Below are positions 8,353 to 18,110 of a stretch of DNA of 42,036 bases, one piece after another; positions within the stretch are counted from its first letter, which is position 1; every line of letters starts with the position of its first letter. This DNA is from Actinomycetota bacterium (lineage in GTDB: Bacteria > Actinomycetota > CADDZG01 > WHSQ01): the NCBI GenBank assembly GCA_016781115.1, contig JADDQX010000001.1, positions 1-42,036 of the forward strand. Direction: 5' to 3'. The notes beneath the pieces were generated by a model. It was not told where the DNA came from and did not search any database. It saw nothing but the letters and a program-made list of their open reading frames with translations. A program made the position numbers and the translations under genes.

Positions 8353-9456
8353 CTACAGATTGCCGCGAGCGGCCTGCTCGCGTTCGATGGACTCGAACAG
8401 CGCCTTGAAGTTGCCGGCTCCGAACCCCTTGGCTCCGTGACGCTCGATGACCTCGAAGAAACACGTAGGGCGATCCTGCACGGGCTTCGTGAAGATCTGC
8501 AGCAGGTATCCGTCCTCGTCTTTATCGGCGAGGATCCCGTTCCGTTGCAGTGCATCGATCTTGTCGGTGATCTGCGGGACCCGCTGCTTGACGTCTTCGT
8601 AGTAGGTGCCCGGAACGCGCAGGAACTCGATCCCCGCCGTCCTCATCGCCTCCACTGTTCCTACGATGTCTTCCGTCGCCATGGCGATGTGCTGCACGCC
8701 CGGGGATCTGTAGTACTCGAGGTATTCCTCGATCTGAGACTTGCGCTTCCCCTCGGCAGGCTCGTTGATCGGCAACTTGATCTTCCCGTTCCCGTCCCAC
8801 ACGACCTTCGACATCAGAGCCGAGTACTCCGTGGAGATCTCCTCGTCCGAGAAATGGCGCAGCTCGGTGAATCCCATGATCCGTTCGTAGAAGCTCACCC
8901 ACTCATTCATCTTCCCGAGCTCGACGTTGCCCACGACGTGGTCGATGTGCTGGATCCCGAACCCGTCGCTGCCCTGGTCATCCAGCGGCTGGAACCCCGG
9001 GAAGAAAACACCGGAGTAATCCTGGCGGCTCACCAGCGAGTGGATCGTCTCTCCATAGGTGGCGATCGCAGCCTTCACCAGCTTCCCGTGTTCGTCCTCG
9101 AACACCTGAGGCTCGTGCACGCTGGTGGCGCCGCGCGAGAGCGCAACCCGATAAGCCTCTTCGGCGTCCGGTACGCGCAACGCCACGTCATGAACGCCGT
9201 CGCCATGCTCTTTGACGTGCTCGGCGATCGGGCTGTCGGGGCTGAGTGCGCCGGTGAAGACGAAGCGGACCTCGCCCTGCTGGACGAGCCAGGACACGCG
9301 ATCGCGCGTCCCCGTCTCGAGTCCCATGAAAGCGACGGGCGCGAAACCGAGCGCCTTGTAGTAGTGCGCGGCTTGCTTCGCGTTGCCTACGTAGAACTGC
9401 AGGTAGTCGATGCCGAGGATCGGGAAGGAGTCTTCGTTGTTGTTGAGCACGTCCAC
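8353..9456 (-). CDS. hppD: 4-hydroxyphenylpyruvate dioxygenase
   Basis: A 367-aa ORF with two VOC modules. The C-terminal signature is FFEVIERHGAKGFGAGNFKALFESIEREQAARGNL. Confidence 0.92.
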   Translation of the reverse strand: MDVLNNNEDSFPILGIDYLQFYVGNAKQAAHYYKALGFAPVAFMGLETGTRDRVSWLVQQGEVRFVFTGALSPDSPIAEHVKEHGDGVHDVALRVPDAEEAYRVALSRGATSVHEPQVFEDEHGKLVKAAIATYGETIHSLVSRQDYSGVFFPGFQPLDDQGSDGFGIQHIDHVVGNVELGKMNEWVSFYERIMGFTELRHFSDEEISTEYSALMSKVVWDGNGKIKLPINEPAEGKRKSQIEEYLEYYRSPGVQHIAMATEDIVGTVEAMRTAGIEFLRVPGTYYEDVKQRVPQITDKIDALQRNGILADKDEDGYLLQIFTKPVQDRPTCFFEVIERHGAKGFGAGNFKALFESIEREQAARGNL

Positions 9457-9476
9457 CTCCTTGTGGTCCTCGCAGC

Positions 9477-10262
9477 CTAACGGCCGCGAAACTCCGGCGA
9501 CCTCTTCCCGAAGAAAGCGCGGACTCCCTCCAGATGGTCCTCGGTGCGTCCAGCGGCGCTCTGCGCCTCGACCTCGGCCTCGAGCTGCTCATCGAGCGAT
9601 CGCGTCGGAGCCTCATTCGCCAGCCGCTTCGTGAGGGCGAACGCGGCGGTGGCCATCGTCGCGAGACGGGCCGCGAAAGACCGCCAGTGAGAGTCGAACT
9701 CCCCTGCGGGGACCACCTGCGAGAACAACCCCAGCTCCAATCCTCGCTGCGCGTCCACCGGGTGCCCGCTAGCGCCCAGCTCGAGGGCTCGGGCGGTGCC
9801 AACCATCTTCGTCAGGAACCAAAGAGCGCCGGAGTCCGGCACGAGACCCACCCGGATGAAAGCAAGGACCAACTTGGCGTGTTCAGACGCGATCCGGAAG
9901 TCACAGGCGAGAGCGAGGCTCGCGCCGGCGCCCGCTGCGACGCCATTGACCGCCGCGATGACGGGCTTCGGGGCAGACCGGATGGCGCGGATCAGTGGGT
10001 TGTACCGGTTCACCAGGGTGTCACCGAGGTTCGGCACCTCGCCGCGTTCGTACTGTTCGGACAGCGCTCCCAGATCCTCTCCCGATGAGAAGGCGCGACC
10101 GGCGCCCGTGATGACGATGCAGCGGATCTCGTCATCCGCCGCGGCCGCCTCGACCGCCGTCAGCAATGCCAGGCCCAGCTCGTCGTTGAACGCGTTCAGC
10201 ACTTCGGGGCGGTCGAGGGTGAGTATCGCAACGCCGCCCTCTGTTGATCTCATCAGCGTCAT
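9477..10262 (-). CDS. Enoyl-CoA hydratase/isomerase (crotonase) family protein
   Basis: A 261-aa ORF with LDRPEVLNAF, ITGAGRAFSSGEDL and the AAVNGVAAGAGASLALACD oxyanion-hole motifs. Confidence 0.88.
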   Translation of the reverse strand: MTLMRSTEGGVAILTLDRPEVLNAFNDELGLALLTAVEAAAADDEIRCIVITGAGRAFSSGEDLGALSEQYERGEVPNLGDTLVNRYNPLIRAIRSAPKPVIAAVNGVAAGAGASLALACDFRIASEHAKLVLAFIRVGLVPDSGALWFLTKMVGTARALELGASGHPVDAQRGLELGLFSQVVPAGEFDSHWRSFAARLATMATAAFALTKRLANEAPTRSLDEQLEAEVEAQSAAGRTEDHLEGVRAFFGKRSPEFRGR

Positions 10263-10292
10263 GCGGTGGAGGGTAGCGCGAACTTCGGCCGA

Positions 10293-11930
10293 CTAGCCCG
10301 CCGGTGGGGGAGACGCCGGCGCGTGCGACGACGGTGCGAGCAGTGGCTCTTCCTGATCGCGCGTTCTCTTCGGAAGGTGCACCGTGAACGTCGTTCCCGC
10401 CCCCTCCCCGCTATCCACCTCGATCTCGCCATTGTGCGCCTCAACGAGGCTTTTCACGATGTAAAGGCCGAGCCCGAAACCACCCTTGCCTCTGGTGTTC
10501 GATTGATCCACCTGGCGGAAGCGGTCGAAGATGCTGTTCAACTGCTCGCGGGTGATCCCCCGTCCCTGATCTCGCACCGCGATCAACGTCTCGGTCTGCG
10601 TCTCGTGCAGGAAGACCTCGATCGTCCCTTCGTCGGAGTACTTCAGCGCGTTCTCGATGAGGTTGGAGAGGATCTGTTGGAGCGCGCCGAGGTCGCCCCA
10701 CACCCGCGGGACGGGCGGGTCGGTCGTGAGGGTCACCTCTCTCGCGGGATGGCTATGGCTGAGGTCGTTGATGATGACCTCGGCGGCTGAACGAAGGTCC
10801 ACGAGCTCCCGGCGCAGCTTCGGCATGCCCGACTCGATGTGGGCAGTGGTCAGGATGTCCTCAACGAGCCGTAGCAAGCGTTGACCCTGCCGCTCGATCA
10901 TGTCGATGAAGGTTGCCTGCTGTTCGGGCGACATCCTGCTGGCGCGTTTCGACAACGTCGTGGCAGAGCCGATGATCGCCGTCAGCGGTGTCTTCAGCTC
11001 GTGCGACACCGTCGCTACGAAGTCGCTCTTCAGACGGTCCAGTTCCTCAAGCCTCTGGATCGTCTCTCGTTCCTGCTCGAGCAGACTGGCATTGGCGACA
11101 GCGATGGCGGCATGCTCGGCGAACGATCCGAGCGCCTCCAGATCATGCTGCGTGAACTCGCGCTTCCCCTCGGTTTCGTTGAGGTTCAAGATCCCCAGAA
11201 GCTCGTCACGGCGCATCAGGGGGACACACACCGATGAGCGGATGCCTCGGTCGGGGTGCGCTTTGTCCGCGAGCCCAGGTTCTACCTCATCCCCCCTGAT
11301 CAACATCGGCCGACGCCGGGCCGCGACGGTTCCGGCGATGCCTTCTCCGATCCGCGTCGTGCCTCCACGAACAGGCTCCGCACCCGGGCCGCTATAGCTC
11401 ACCACCTTCAGGTGCCTGCCGCCCTCTTCCACCAGCATGAGCGATCCCTCTGTACCTCCCAGCAGCTCGAGGGCGGAGGAGAGGATCATGTCGAGGACGT
11501 CTTCGAGGCAAAGGGCCTCGTTCACGGCCTTGCCCGCCTCCGACAGCCTCGAGATCTCCGCCAGCCGGTTCGATAAAGCCGCCGACAGAACCCGCTCCTC
11601 GAACAACAGCTTCGTCAGCGCCCGCAGACTCCTCTCCTTCTCGACGACGTAGACGAGGAAAGCCAAAGCAAGGCCGCCGAAGAGCACAGCGGTGATCCAT
11701 GAGGTGAGGTCGTCGAACACGCGGAGCTGGTCCGGGATGAGGTCGTCGCCCAGGTATAGCAACGCGATCGCGGCCGTGACGGCCACAACGAGGAACAGAG
11801 AAGTCGACCACAGCTGGGTTCGCCTCTTGTCGACATCCGACAGCGTGAGCGGCTGTCTCTTCACGCGGGCCGCCGCGGTGGACGCGGCATGGATCTGCGC
11901 GGTGGGCGTTAGCTCCTGTTGGTCGGCCAT
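10293..11930 (-). CDS. Sensor histidine kinase with two TM helices, a GAF domain, HisKA and HATPase_c (no cognate response regulator in the window)
   Basis: ATG at 11930 (MADQQELTP...). The upstream part of ORF 10293..12188 lies inside purF. H-box is DFVATVSHELKTPLT, N-box NLIENALKY, G-boxes DQGRGI and GGFGLGL. TM segments are LWSTSLFLVVAVTAAIALLYL and ITAVLFGGLALAFLVYVV. Confidence 0.85.
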   Translation of the reverse strand: MADQQELTPTAQIHAASTAAARVKRQPLTLSDVDKRRTQLWSTSLFLVVAVTAAIALLYLGDDLIPDQLRVFDDLTSWITAVLFGGLALAFLVYVVEKERSLRALTKLLFEERVLSAALSNRLAEISRLSEAGKAVNEALCLEDVLDMILSSALELLGGTEGSLMLVEEGGRHLKVVSYSGPGAEPVRGGTTRIGEGIAGTVAARRRPMLIRGDEVEPGLADKAHPDRGIRSSVCVPLMRRDELLGILNLNETEGKREFTQHDLEALGSFAEHAAIAVANASLLEQERETIQRLEELDRLKSDFVATVSHELKTPLTAIIGSATTLSKRASRMSPEQQATFIDMIERQGQRLLRLVEDILTTAHIESGMPKLRRELVDLRSAAEVIINDLSHSHPAREVTLTTDPPVPRVWGDLGALQQILSNLIENALKYSDEGTIEVFLHETQTETLIAVRDQGRGITREQLNSIFDRFRQVDQSNTRGKGGFGLGLYIVKSLVEAHNGEIEVDSGEGAGTTFTVHLPKRTRDQEEPLLAPSSHAPASPPPAG

Positions 11931-13369
11931 GCCTGAGCCTGATGCTCGGGGCTCTCCAGAACGTGCTTGTCCCGAAGGTCGTGCTCCGGGATCGGGATCG
12001 GGTATCGCGACGAGAAGCAGGCGGTGCAGAAGTCTTCCTTGGGAACCTGCGTTGCCTCCAGCATCCCTTCCGTAGACAGGTACGCGAGCGAGTCCGCTCC
12101 GATGTGCGCGCAGATCTCTTCGATCTCCATGCGCGATCCGATCAACTCGTCCTGGTCCGGCATGTCGATGCCATAGAAGCAAGGCCATTTGATAGGCGGC
12201 GACGAGATCCGCATGTGGACCTCTCTGGCGCCCGCATCCCTCAACATCGCCACGATCTGCCGGGTCGTGTTCCCGCGCACGATCGAATCATCGATGACGA
12301 CGACGCGCCGGCCTTCGATGACCTCCCTAACAGGGTTCAGCTTCATGCGGATCCCCTGTTCGCGCATCGACTGGGTCGGCTGGATGAAGGTGCGGCCGAC
12401 ATAGCGGTTCTTCACGAAGCCGTCGCCATACGGGATCGTGGATCCTTGGGCGAAACCTTGAGCCGCCGGGACGCCGCTGTCCGGCACCGGCATCACCAGC
12501 TCCGCTACGACCGGCGCCTCGCGCGCCAAGCGTTGACCCATCCGGTAGCGGGTCGCGTAGACGTTGTGACCCATCAGGGTCGAGTCGGGACGAGCGAAGT
12601 AAACGTGCTCGAAGACGCACGCCGCCGGCCTCGGCCGCGCCAAGCTCTCGCTGGTGAGGCCGTTCGCATCGATCGTCACCATCTCGCCGGGCTCCACGTC
12701 GCGGATGAAGCGGGCGCCCAGCAGATCCAGGGCACAGGTCTCGGACGCGAGGACCCACCCGCCACCGGGCAGGCGTCCGATGCTCAGCGGCCTGAACCCA
12801 TGCGGATCACGCGCGCCGAACAGCCGCTCCTCGTTCATCATCGTGAACGAATAGGCACCGGACAGCTTCGGCAACACCTTGAGGATCGCCTCGCGCATGT
12901 CACCTTCGTTAGCTCGGGCGATGTGGGCCGCCACCAGGTCGGTATCAGAGCTCGAGTTCAACCGGGCTCCCGCGGGCGTCGGGTCCCCTCCTGCTGCGGC
13001 GAGCGTCCCCGCGAGCTGAACGGAGTTCACGAGGTTCCCGTTGTGGGCGACTGCGATCTGCCCGGCGGGAGAGGTCTTGAAGGTGGGCTGCGCGTTGTCC
13101 CACGACGACGACCCGGTCGTCGAATAGCGGGTGTGGCCGATCGACACGAACCCTCGCAGGCTCTGCAGCACCGTCTCGTCGAAGGCCTGCGCGACCAGAC
13201 CGAGTTCCTTGTAGACCAGGATCGTCTGGCCGTCGGATATGGCGATACCCGCAGATTCCTGTCCGCGGTGCTGGAGCGCGTAGAGCCCGTAGTAGGTCAG
13301 CCTGGCGACGTCCTCACCGGGCGCGTAGATGCCGACGACGCCACAGGCGTCTCTCGCCTCTCCTGCCAT
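11909..13369 (-). CDS. purF: Amidophosphoribosyltransferase
   Basis: A 486-aa ORF with the N-terminal propeptide plus CGVVGIY nucleophile, the PRPP loop VVVIDDSIVRGNT, and C-terminal Fe-S cysteines. Its start overlaps the purL stop (ATGA at 13369). Confidence 0.93.
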   Translation of the reverse strand: MAGEARDACGVVGIYAPGEDVARLTYYGLYALQHRGQESAGIAISDGQTILVYKELGLVAQAFDETVLQSLRGFVSIGHTRYSTTGSSSWDNAQPTFKTSPAGQIAVAHNGNLVNSVQLAGTLAAAGGDPTPAGARLNSSSDTDLVAAHIARANEGDMREAILKVLPKLSGAYSFTMMNEERLFGARDPHGFRPLSIGRLPGGGWVLASETCALDLLGARFIRDVEPGEMVTIDANGLTSESLARPRPAACVFEHVYFARPDSTLMGHNVYATRYRMGQRLAREAPVVAELVMPVPDSGVPAAQGFAQGSTIPYGDGFVKNRYVGRTFIQPTQSMREQGIRMKLNPVREVIEGRRVVVIDDSIVRGNTTRQIVAMLRDAGAREVHMRISSPPIKWPCFYGIDMPDQDELIGSRMEIEEICAHIGADSLAYLSTEGMLEATQVPKEDFCTACFSSRYPIPIPEHDLRDKHVLESPEHQAQAWPTNRS

Positions 13370-15567
13370 CAGCTCATGCTAGCGGCTAACGCCCGCCGGA
13401 ACGCTCCTTCGAACACATCTTGCGCAACGTCGAACCCCACCCCGAATGTTCCGAAGTCCAGCCGATCCGGTGCAACCGATCCCGCGATCTCAAGAGGCAC
13501 CCCATAGTCATCGGCAAGTTTGCGCACGGCCTCGACCCCCTGGGCGGGGAAGGAAACGATCGCTCGAGAAGGAGACTCCGAGAACAAGAAGCGATGCCGC
13601 TCGTCTTGCTCGAAAGCGACCTGAAACCCCAGACCGCCGGCGAGCGCCGACTCCGCCAGTCCGATGGCGATCCCGCCCCCAGCGCAGTCATGGGCAGATG
13701 AGAACGAGGTTCGGGCGGCCCCCTCGATCAAGAACCGATGCAGCGCTGATTCGGCGGAGAGGTCCAGACGCGGCGGCCGTCCCGCGACGACGCCGTTGAC
13801 CGTCTTCGCGTACTCACTGCCGCCGAAGTCGGCGGGATCCGTATCTCCCACGATCGCTATGACGTCTCCGGGGGAACGGAACGCCAGCCCGACCGAGCGA
13901 CGAGCGTCCGGTAGCGAACCCAGCATCCCGATCACCGGCGTGGGATAGATCGCGCGGCCGTTCGTCTCGTTGTAGAACGAGACGTTCCCACCCGTCACCG
14001 GGGTGCCGAGCGCGCGGCACGCATCTCCGATCCCGCGGACCACCTCTGCGAACTGCCACATCACATCGGGCTTCTCCGGGTTGCCGAAGTTCAGGCAGTT
14101 GGTTATAGCCAGTGGGCGCCCGCCGGCGGCTGCAACGTTGCGCGCCGCCTCGGCTACCGCCAGCCGCGCGCCTTCGTAGGGATCGAGGTAGCAGTAACGG
14201 CCGGGACCATCCACCGAGATCACCGCGGCGGTGTCTTGCCCCGGGAGCCGGATCACCGCAGCGTCCCCGCCCGGTCCCTGCACCGTCCCCAGGAAGATCA
14301 TGTGGTCGTACTGCTCCCACACCCATCTCTTCGACCCGATCGCCGGTGAGCCCAGGAGCTGCAAGAACGCGGCCTCGAGATCGCTGGGCGGTTCGGCGCC
14401 CATAGGAGCGCCCTGCAGCTCGTCCAGCCACGCCGGTCGCTCGAGACCGCGGTTGTAGACAGGGCCCTCCTCCGCCAACGCGTCGGCGGGAACGTCCGCG
14501 AGCACCCCGTTCTCGTGGATCACCTCTACGCGTCCGGTCTTGGTGACCTCGCCCACCACGTTCGCCTGCAGCTCCCACTTGCGGCAGATGGCGAGGACCG
14601 CCTCCACATTCGCCGGATCGACGACCGCCAGCATCCGTTCCTGCGACTCCGAGATCATGATCTCGAACGGCTCCATGTCCGCCTCGCGCAAGTGAACCTT
14701 CGAGATGTCGAGCTGCATCCCGGTCCCGGCCTTCGCGGCCATCTCCGAGGTGGGGCAAGAGATGCCTCCGGCGCCGAGGTCCTGGAACCCGACCAGTAGC
14801 CCGGAACGAGCGAGCTCGAGACATGCCTCGATCAACAACCTCTCGGTGAATGGGTCTCCGACCTGAACCGAGGGTCGCTTCTCGCTCGAGGCATCGTCGA
14901 ACTCAGCCGAAGCGAGCACGCTGGCACCGCCGATCCCGTCGCGCCCCGTGGAAGAACCGATGAGGATGACCGCGTTGCCCTCGCCCTCGGCCCGCCCATG
15001 CATCAGGCGGTTCTCGACCAGGCCGAGGCACGCGACGTTCACGAGCGGGTTCTCCGCGTAGCAGTCCTCGAACACGACCTCGCCTCCCACCGTTGGGACG
15101 CCGATCGAGTTGCCGTAGTTGGAGATCCCGTGCACCACGCCCTCGACGAGATAGGCGGTGCGGGGGTCGTCGAGGGGGCCGAACCGAAGCGGATCCATCA
15201 GCGCTATAGGACGAGCGCCCATCGAGAGGATGTCGCGGACGATACCGCCGACACCGGTCGCAGCACCGTTGAAGGGCTCGACGAACGAGGGGTGGTTGTG
15301 AGACTCGATCTTCCAGGCCACCGACACACCCGGCGCGAGCTCGACGATCCCCGCGCCCTCGCCGGGTCCCACCAGGATGTAAGGCGCTTCTGACGGCAGG
15401 CCCCGGAGGTGGATCCGGCTGGACTTGTAGGAGCAGTGCTCGCTCCACATGACCGAGAACATCGCAAGCTCGGTGTACGAAGGATCGCGACCCAGACGTG
15501 TCTTGATCGCATCTAGCTCGTCGTCGGTGAGACCGAGATCCCGGTGAAGGGTCGCGGGAGAGATCAA
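13369..15567 (-). CDS. purL: Phosphoribosylformylglycinamidine synthase subunit PurL (FGAM synthase II)
   Basis: TTG start at 15567 overlaps the purQ TGA (GTTGA). The protein begins [22 protein letters not shown]...[11 protein letters not shown]. The further 135 codons of ORF 13369..15972 lie inside purQ and are not coding. Confidence 0.9.
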   Translation of the reverse strand: MISPATLHRDLGLTDDELDAIKTRLGRDPSYTELAMFSVMWSEHCSYKSSRIHLRGLPSEAPYILVGPGEGAGIVELAPGVSVAWKIESHNHPSFVEPFNGAATGVGGIVRDILSMGARPIALMDPLRFGPLDDPRTAYLVEGVVHGISNYGNSIGVPTVGGEVVFEDCYAENPLVNVACLGLVENRLMHGRAEGEGNAVILIGSSTGRDGIGGASVLASAEFDDASSEKRPSVQVGDPFTERLLIEACLELARSGLLVGFQDLGAGGISCPTSEMAAKAGTGMQLDISKVHLREADMEPFEIMISESQERMLAVVDPANVEAVLAICRKWELQANVVGEVTKTGRVEVIHENGVLADVPADALAEEGPVYNRGLERPAWLDELQGAPMGAEPPSDLEAAFLQLLGSPAIGSKRWVWEQYDHMIFLGTVQGPGGDAAVIRLPGQDTAAVISVDGPGRYCYLDPYEGARLAVAEAARNVAAAGGRPLAITNCLNFGNPEKPDVMWQFAEVVRGIGDACRALGTPVTGGNVSFYNETNGRAIYPTPVIGMLGSLPDARRSVGLAFRSPGDVIAIVGDTDPADFGGSEYAKTVNGVVAGRPPRLDLSAESALHRFLIEGAARTSFSSAHDCAGGGIAIGLAESALAGGLGFQVAFEQDERHRFLFSESPSRAIVSFPAQGVEAVRKLADDYGVPLEIAGSVAPDRLDFGTFGVGFDVAQDVFEGAFRRALAASMS

Positions 15568-16250
15568 CCGGCGACCCCGGCGCGATCGGTGACGTGGTCT
15601 AACAACGACCCCAGCAGCACGATCCCGTCGTCGGACCCCAGGAGCTGCTCGCAAGCCCGCTCTGGGTGCGGCATCAGACCGAAGACGTTCCGGCTCTCGT
15701 TGCAGATCCCTGCTACGTCGTCGACAGATCCGTTCGGGTTGTCGACGTAGCGGAGAACGATCTGGTTGTTCTCGCGCAGGCGGTCGACGACCGCGGGTTC
15801 GGCGTACCAGTTCCCCTCGAAGTGGTTGATCGGGATCCGAAGCACCTGCCCCTGTTCGGCGCGCGACGTAAACGCGGTGTCGTTGTTGTCTACTCGTAGG
15901 TCCACCCAGCGGCACAGGAACTTCAGCCCGTTGTTCTTCCGCAGAGCGCCGGGAAGCATCCCGGCCTCGCACAGGATCTGGAACCCGTTGCAGATCCCCA
16001 AGACGAGGCCGCCCCGCAGCGCGTGGTCGCGGACACGGTCCATCACCGGCGAGAAGCGAGCAAGTGCGCCGGTGCGCAGATAGTCACCGTGGGCGAAGCC
16101 GCCGGGGAGCACCACCAGGTCGACCTCCGGCAACGACGTCCCCGCGTGCCAGATCATCTCCACCTCGGCGCCCAGCGCGGAGAATGCAACCCGCGCGTCC
16201 AGCTCGCAGTTCGACCCTGGAAACACGATGACGCCGACGCGGGCCGTCAT
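15564..16250 (-). CDS. purQ: Phosphoribosylformylglycinamidine synthase glutaminase subunit PurQ
   Basis: A 228-aa ORF with a class I glutamine amidotransferase pattern ([25 protein letters not shown]). Confidence 0.92.
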   Translation of the reverse strand: MTARVGVIVFPGSNCELDARVAFSALGAEVEMIWHAGTSLPEVDLVVLPGGFAHGDYLRTGALARFSPVMDRVRDHALRGGLVLGICNGFQILCEAGMLPGALRKNNGLKFLCRWVDLRVDNNDTAFTSRAEQGQVLRIPINHFEGNWYAEPAVVDRLRENNQIVLRYVDNPNGSVDDVAGICNESRNVFGLMPHPERACEQLLGSDDGIVLLGSLLDHVTDRAGVAG

Positions 16251-16492
16251 CCGATGCTCACCTCGTATGACTCGATCACCGGGTTCGCGAGGAGCCGCTC
16301 ACACATCTCCTCGACCTTCGTACGCGCATCGTCCACGCTGTCCGCGTCCACCTGAAGCTGGATCCTCTTGCCCACCCGGACCTCGCGCACACCCGGATAA
16401 CCGAGCACGGGGAGAGCGCGTTCGATCGTTTGTCCTTGAGGATCGGAGATCCCCGGCTTCAACATCACGTCGACCTGAGCTAGGTAGGACAT
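16247..16492 (-). CDS. purS: Phosphoribosylformylglycinamidine synthase subunit PurS
   Basis: The last 81 codons of ORF 16247..17002 read MSYLAQVDVMLKPGISDPQGQTIERAL..., the PurS pattern. There is an ATGA overlap with the purQ start. Confidence 0.88.
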   Translation of the reverse strand: MSYLAQVDVMLKPGISDPQGQTIERALPVLGYPGVREVRVGKRIQLQVDADSVDDARTKVEEMCERLLANPVIESYEVSIG

Positions 16493-17253
16493 CCGGCCCC
16501 CTGCGCCAGTAGAAGGGTGGCAGCTGCCGGCAGGCCAACAACCAGACCTAGAGAGAGAACGGCGGTTGCCGCTCCGGCGACGGCGCGGATGCCGGTGAGG
16601 CCGGAAGAGGACTCGACGCCGCGGACCAACAGGAACAACGACCACACCAGCGCGCTGACGCCGAGGGCGATGGAAAAGGCAGCCCACGCTGTGGAGACGG
16701 GGTCGACCAGCTCCGCGGTCGTGAAGGTGTCCTGACCGACGATCAAGAGGTCCAGGGGGAGCAGCAAGAACAGAGCGAAGACCTGTGGGAAAGCCGCGGC
16801 TCCCCACACCAAACGCAGTTCGTGCGGGTCGGGTGCCTCGCCTCGCAAGGACGAGACGAAGCGAGGGCCGATCCGCCCCCACACCGACTGTCCGGCAAGG
16901 CCGAACAAGGCTCCGAGTACTCCCGCAGTGATGACGTACCCGGTGAGGTATTCGACGTTGCAGACCTCGCGCGCTCCGATCAAGGCGCCGACCTTCAACC
17001 ACAGCAATGCCATCGCGGTTCCGCCGAGCGCCGCCAACACCAGCGGCGCCGCGCCTTCCGTCGGACGCAGCCCGACCCGCTGTCTTCGTTCCGCGTTCGC
17101 GAGGGCCGCGCGGAAACCATCGCGCGGGGCGAGCAGTACCGACCGGAGCGTGAGGCCGAGCCGAGCCGACGCGTTGGATCTGGAGCGCGACGTCTCCGCC
17201 CCGCGTCGGGCAGGCGCGTCCGTTCGACTCAGCGCGATACCTCCGCCAACCAC
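16480..17253 (-). CDS. Polytopic integral membrane protein (Yip1-like by topology), inserted between purC and purS
   Basis: A 257-aa ORF with about 5 hydrophobic helices after a basic N-terminus. The GTG start at 17253 overlaps the purC 3' end by 25 nt and the stop overlaps the purS start by 13 nt. The exact start is uncertain. Confidence 0.6.
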   Translation of the reverse strand: MVGGGIALSRTDAPARRGAETSRSRSNASARLGLTLRSVLLAPRDGFRAALANAERRQRVGLRPTEGAAPLVLAALGGTAMALLWLKVGALIGAREVCNVEYLTGYVITAGVLGALFGLAGQSVWGRIGPRFVSSLRGEAPDPHELRLVWGAAAFPQVFALFLLLPLDLLIVGQDTFTTAELVDPVSTAWAAFSIALGVSALVWSLFLLVRGVESSSGLTGIRAVAGAATAVLSLGLVVGLPAAATLLLAQGAGCPT

Positions 17254-18110
17254 TCGTCGAACGAGCGTCCCGTCACCTTCTCGTATGCCTCTACGTAGCG
17301 AGATCTCGTCGCCTGTACGACGTCGTCAGGCAGGTCGGGCGGTGGCGGGGTCCGGTCCCACCCACTCACGTTCAGCCAGTCCCTCACGTACTGCTTGTCA
17401 AAGGAAGGTTGCGAGCGTCCCGGCTCGTAGAGGTCCTCCGGCCAGAAGCGGCTGGAGTCGGGAGTAAGTACCTCGTCGATCAGGATGACCTCGCCATCTA
17501 CGAGGCCGAACTCGAACTTGGTGTCCGCGATGATCACGCCGCGCTCGCGTGCAAGAGCCGAGCCTTGCTCGTATAGAGCCAGCGCGTAGCCCTTGGCGGT
17601 CTCGTAGACGTCCCGACCGGCGATCTCGGCGGCGCGCTCTTCGTCGATGTTCTCGTCGTGCCCCGTCACCGCCTTCGTCGCCGGCGTCAGGATCGGCTCG
17701 GGCAGGCGATCGGATTCCCGCAGTCCCTGCGATAGACGGTGCCCGCAGACCTCGCCCGTCTTGCTGTAGTCACTCCAGCCGGAGCCGGAGAGATAGCCGC
17801 GGACCACGAACTCGATCGACAGCGGCTCCGCCCGCCGGCACAGCGTTGCTCGGCCGGCGAGATCGTCTATGCCTACGTCGGGCAGATCCCGCTCCCGTAC
17901 GGAGATCAGGTGGTTCGGGCAGACGGACCTCAGCACCTGGAACCAGTGATGAGAGAGCCCGGTGAGTACCTTTCCCTTGTCGGGCACGTCTTGAGGCAAT
18001 ACGACGTCGTACGCGCTGATGCGGTCCGACGCCACCAGAAGCAGTAGGTCGTCGCCGACCTCGAACAGCTCGCGGACCTTCCCCGAGCCAACATGGCGAG
18101 TGGTCGTCAT
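17229..18110 (-). CDS. purC: Phosphoribosylaminoimidazole-succinocarboxamide (SAICAR) synthase
   Basis: A 293-aa ORF with GKVRELF, SDRISAYD and ADTKFEFG motifs. Confidence 0.92.
   Translation of the reverse strand: MTTTRHVGSGKVRELFEVGDDLLLLVASDRISAYDVVLPQDVPDKGKVLTGLSHHWFQVLRSVCPNHLISVRERDLPDVGIDDLAGRATLCRRAEPLSIEFVVRGYLSGSGWSDYSKTGEVCGHRLSQGLRESDRLPEPILTPATKAVTGHDENIDEERAAEIAGRDVYETAKGYALALYEQGSALARERGVIIADTKFEFGLVDGEVILIDEVLTPDSSRFWPEDLYEPGRSQPSFDKQYVRDWLNVSGWDRTPPPPDLPDDVVQATRSRYVEAYEKVTGRSFDEWLAEVSR

Noticed and set aside
7636-9480. A 614-aa plus-strand ORF spanning hmgA and hppD in antisense.
   Set aside because: It runs across two clearly homologous minus-strand genes and their intergenic gap, its composition is typical of antisense GC3 frames, and it has no recognisable domains.
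11942-13507. A 521-aa plus-strand ORF antisense to purF. Similar long antisense ORFs occur at 24332-25570, 26279-27466, 26104-27117, 2726-3781, 13814-14824, 21905-22930 and 9188-9802.
   Set aside because: All overlap genes with strong family signatures on the other strand or frame. Their products are Arg/Pro/Gly/Ala-rich with no motifs, which is the expected artefact of stop-codon-poor high-GC DNA.
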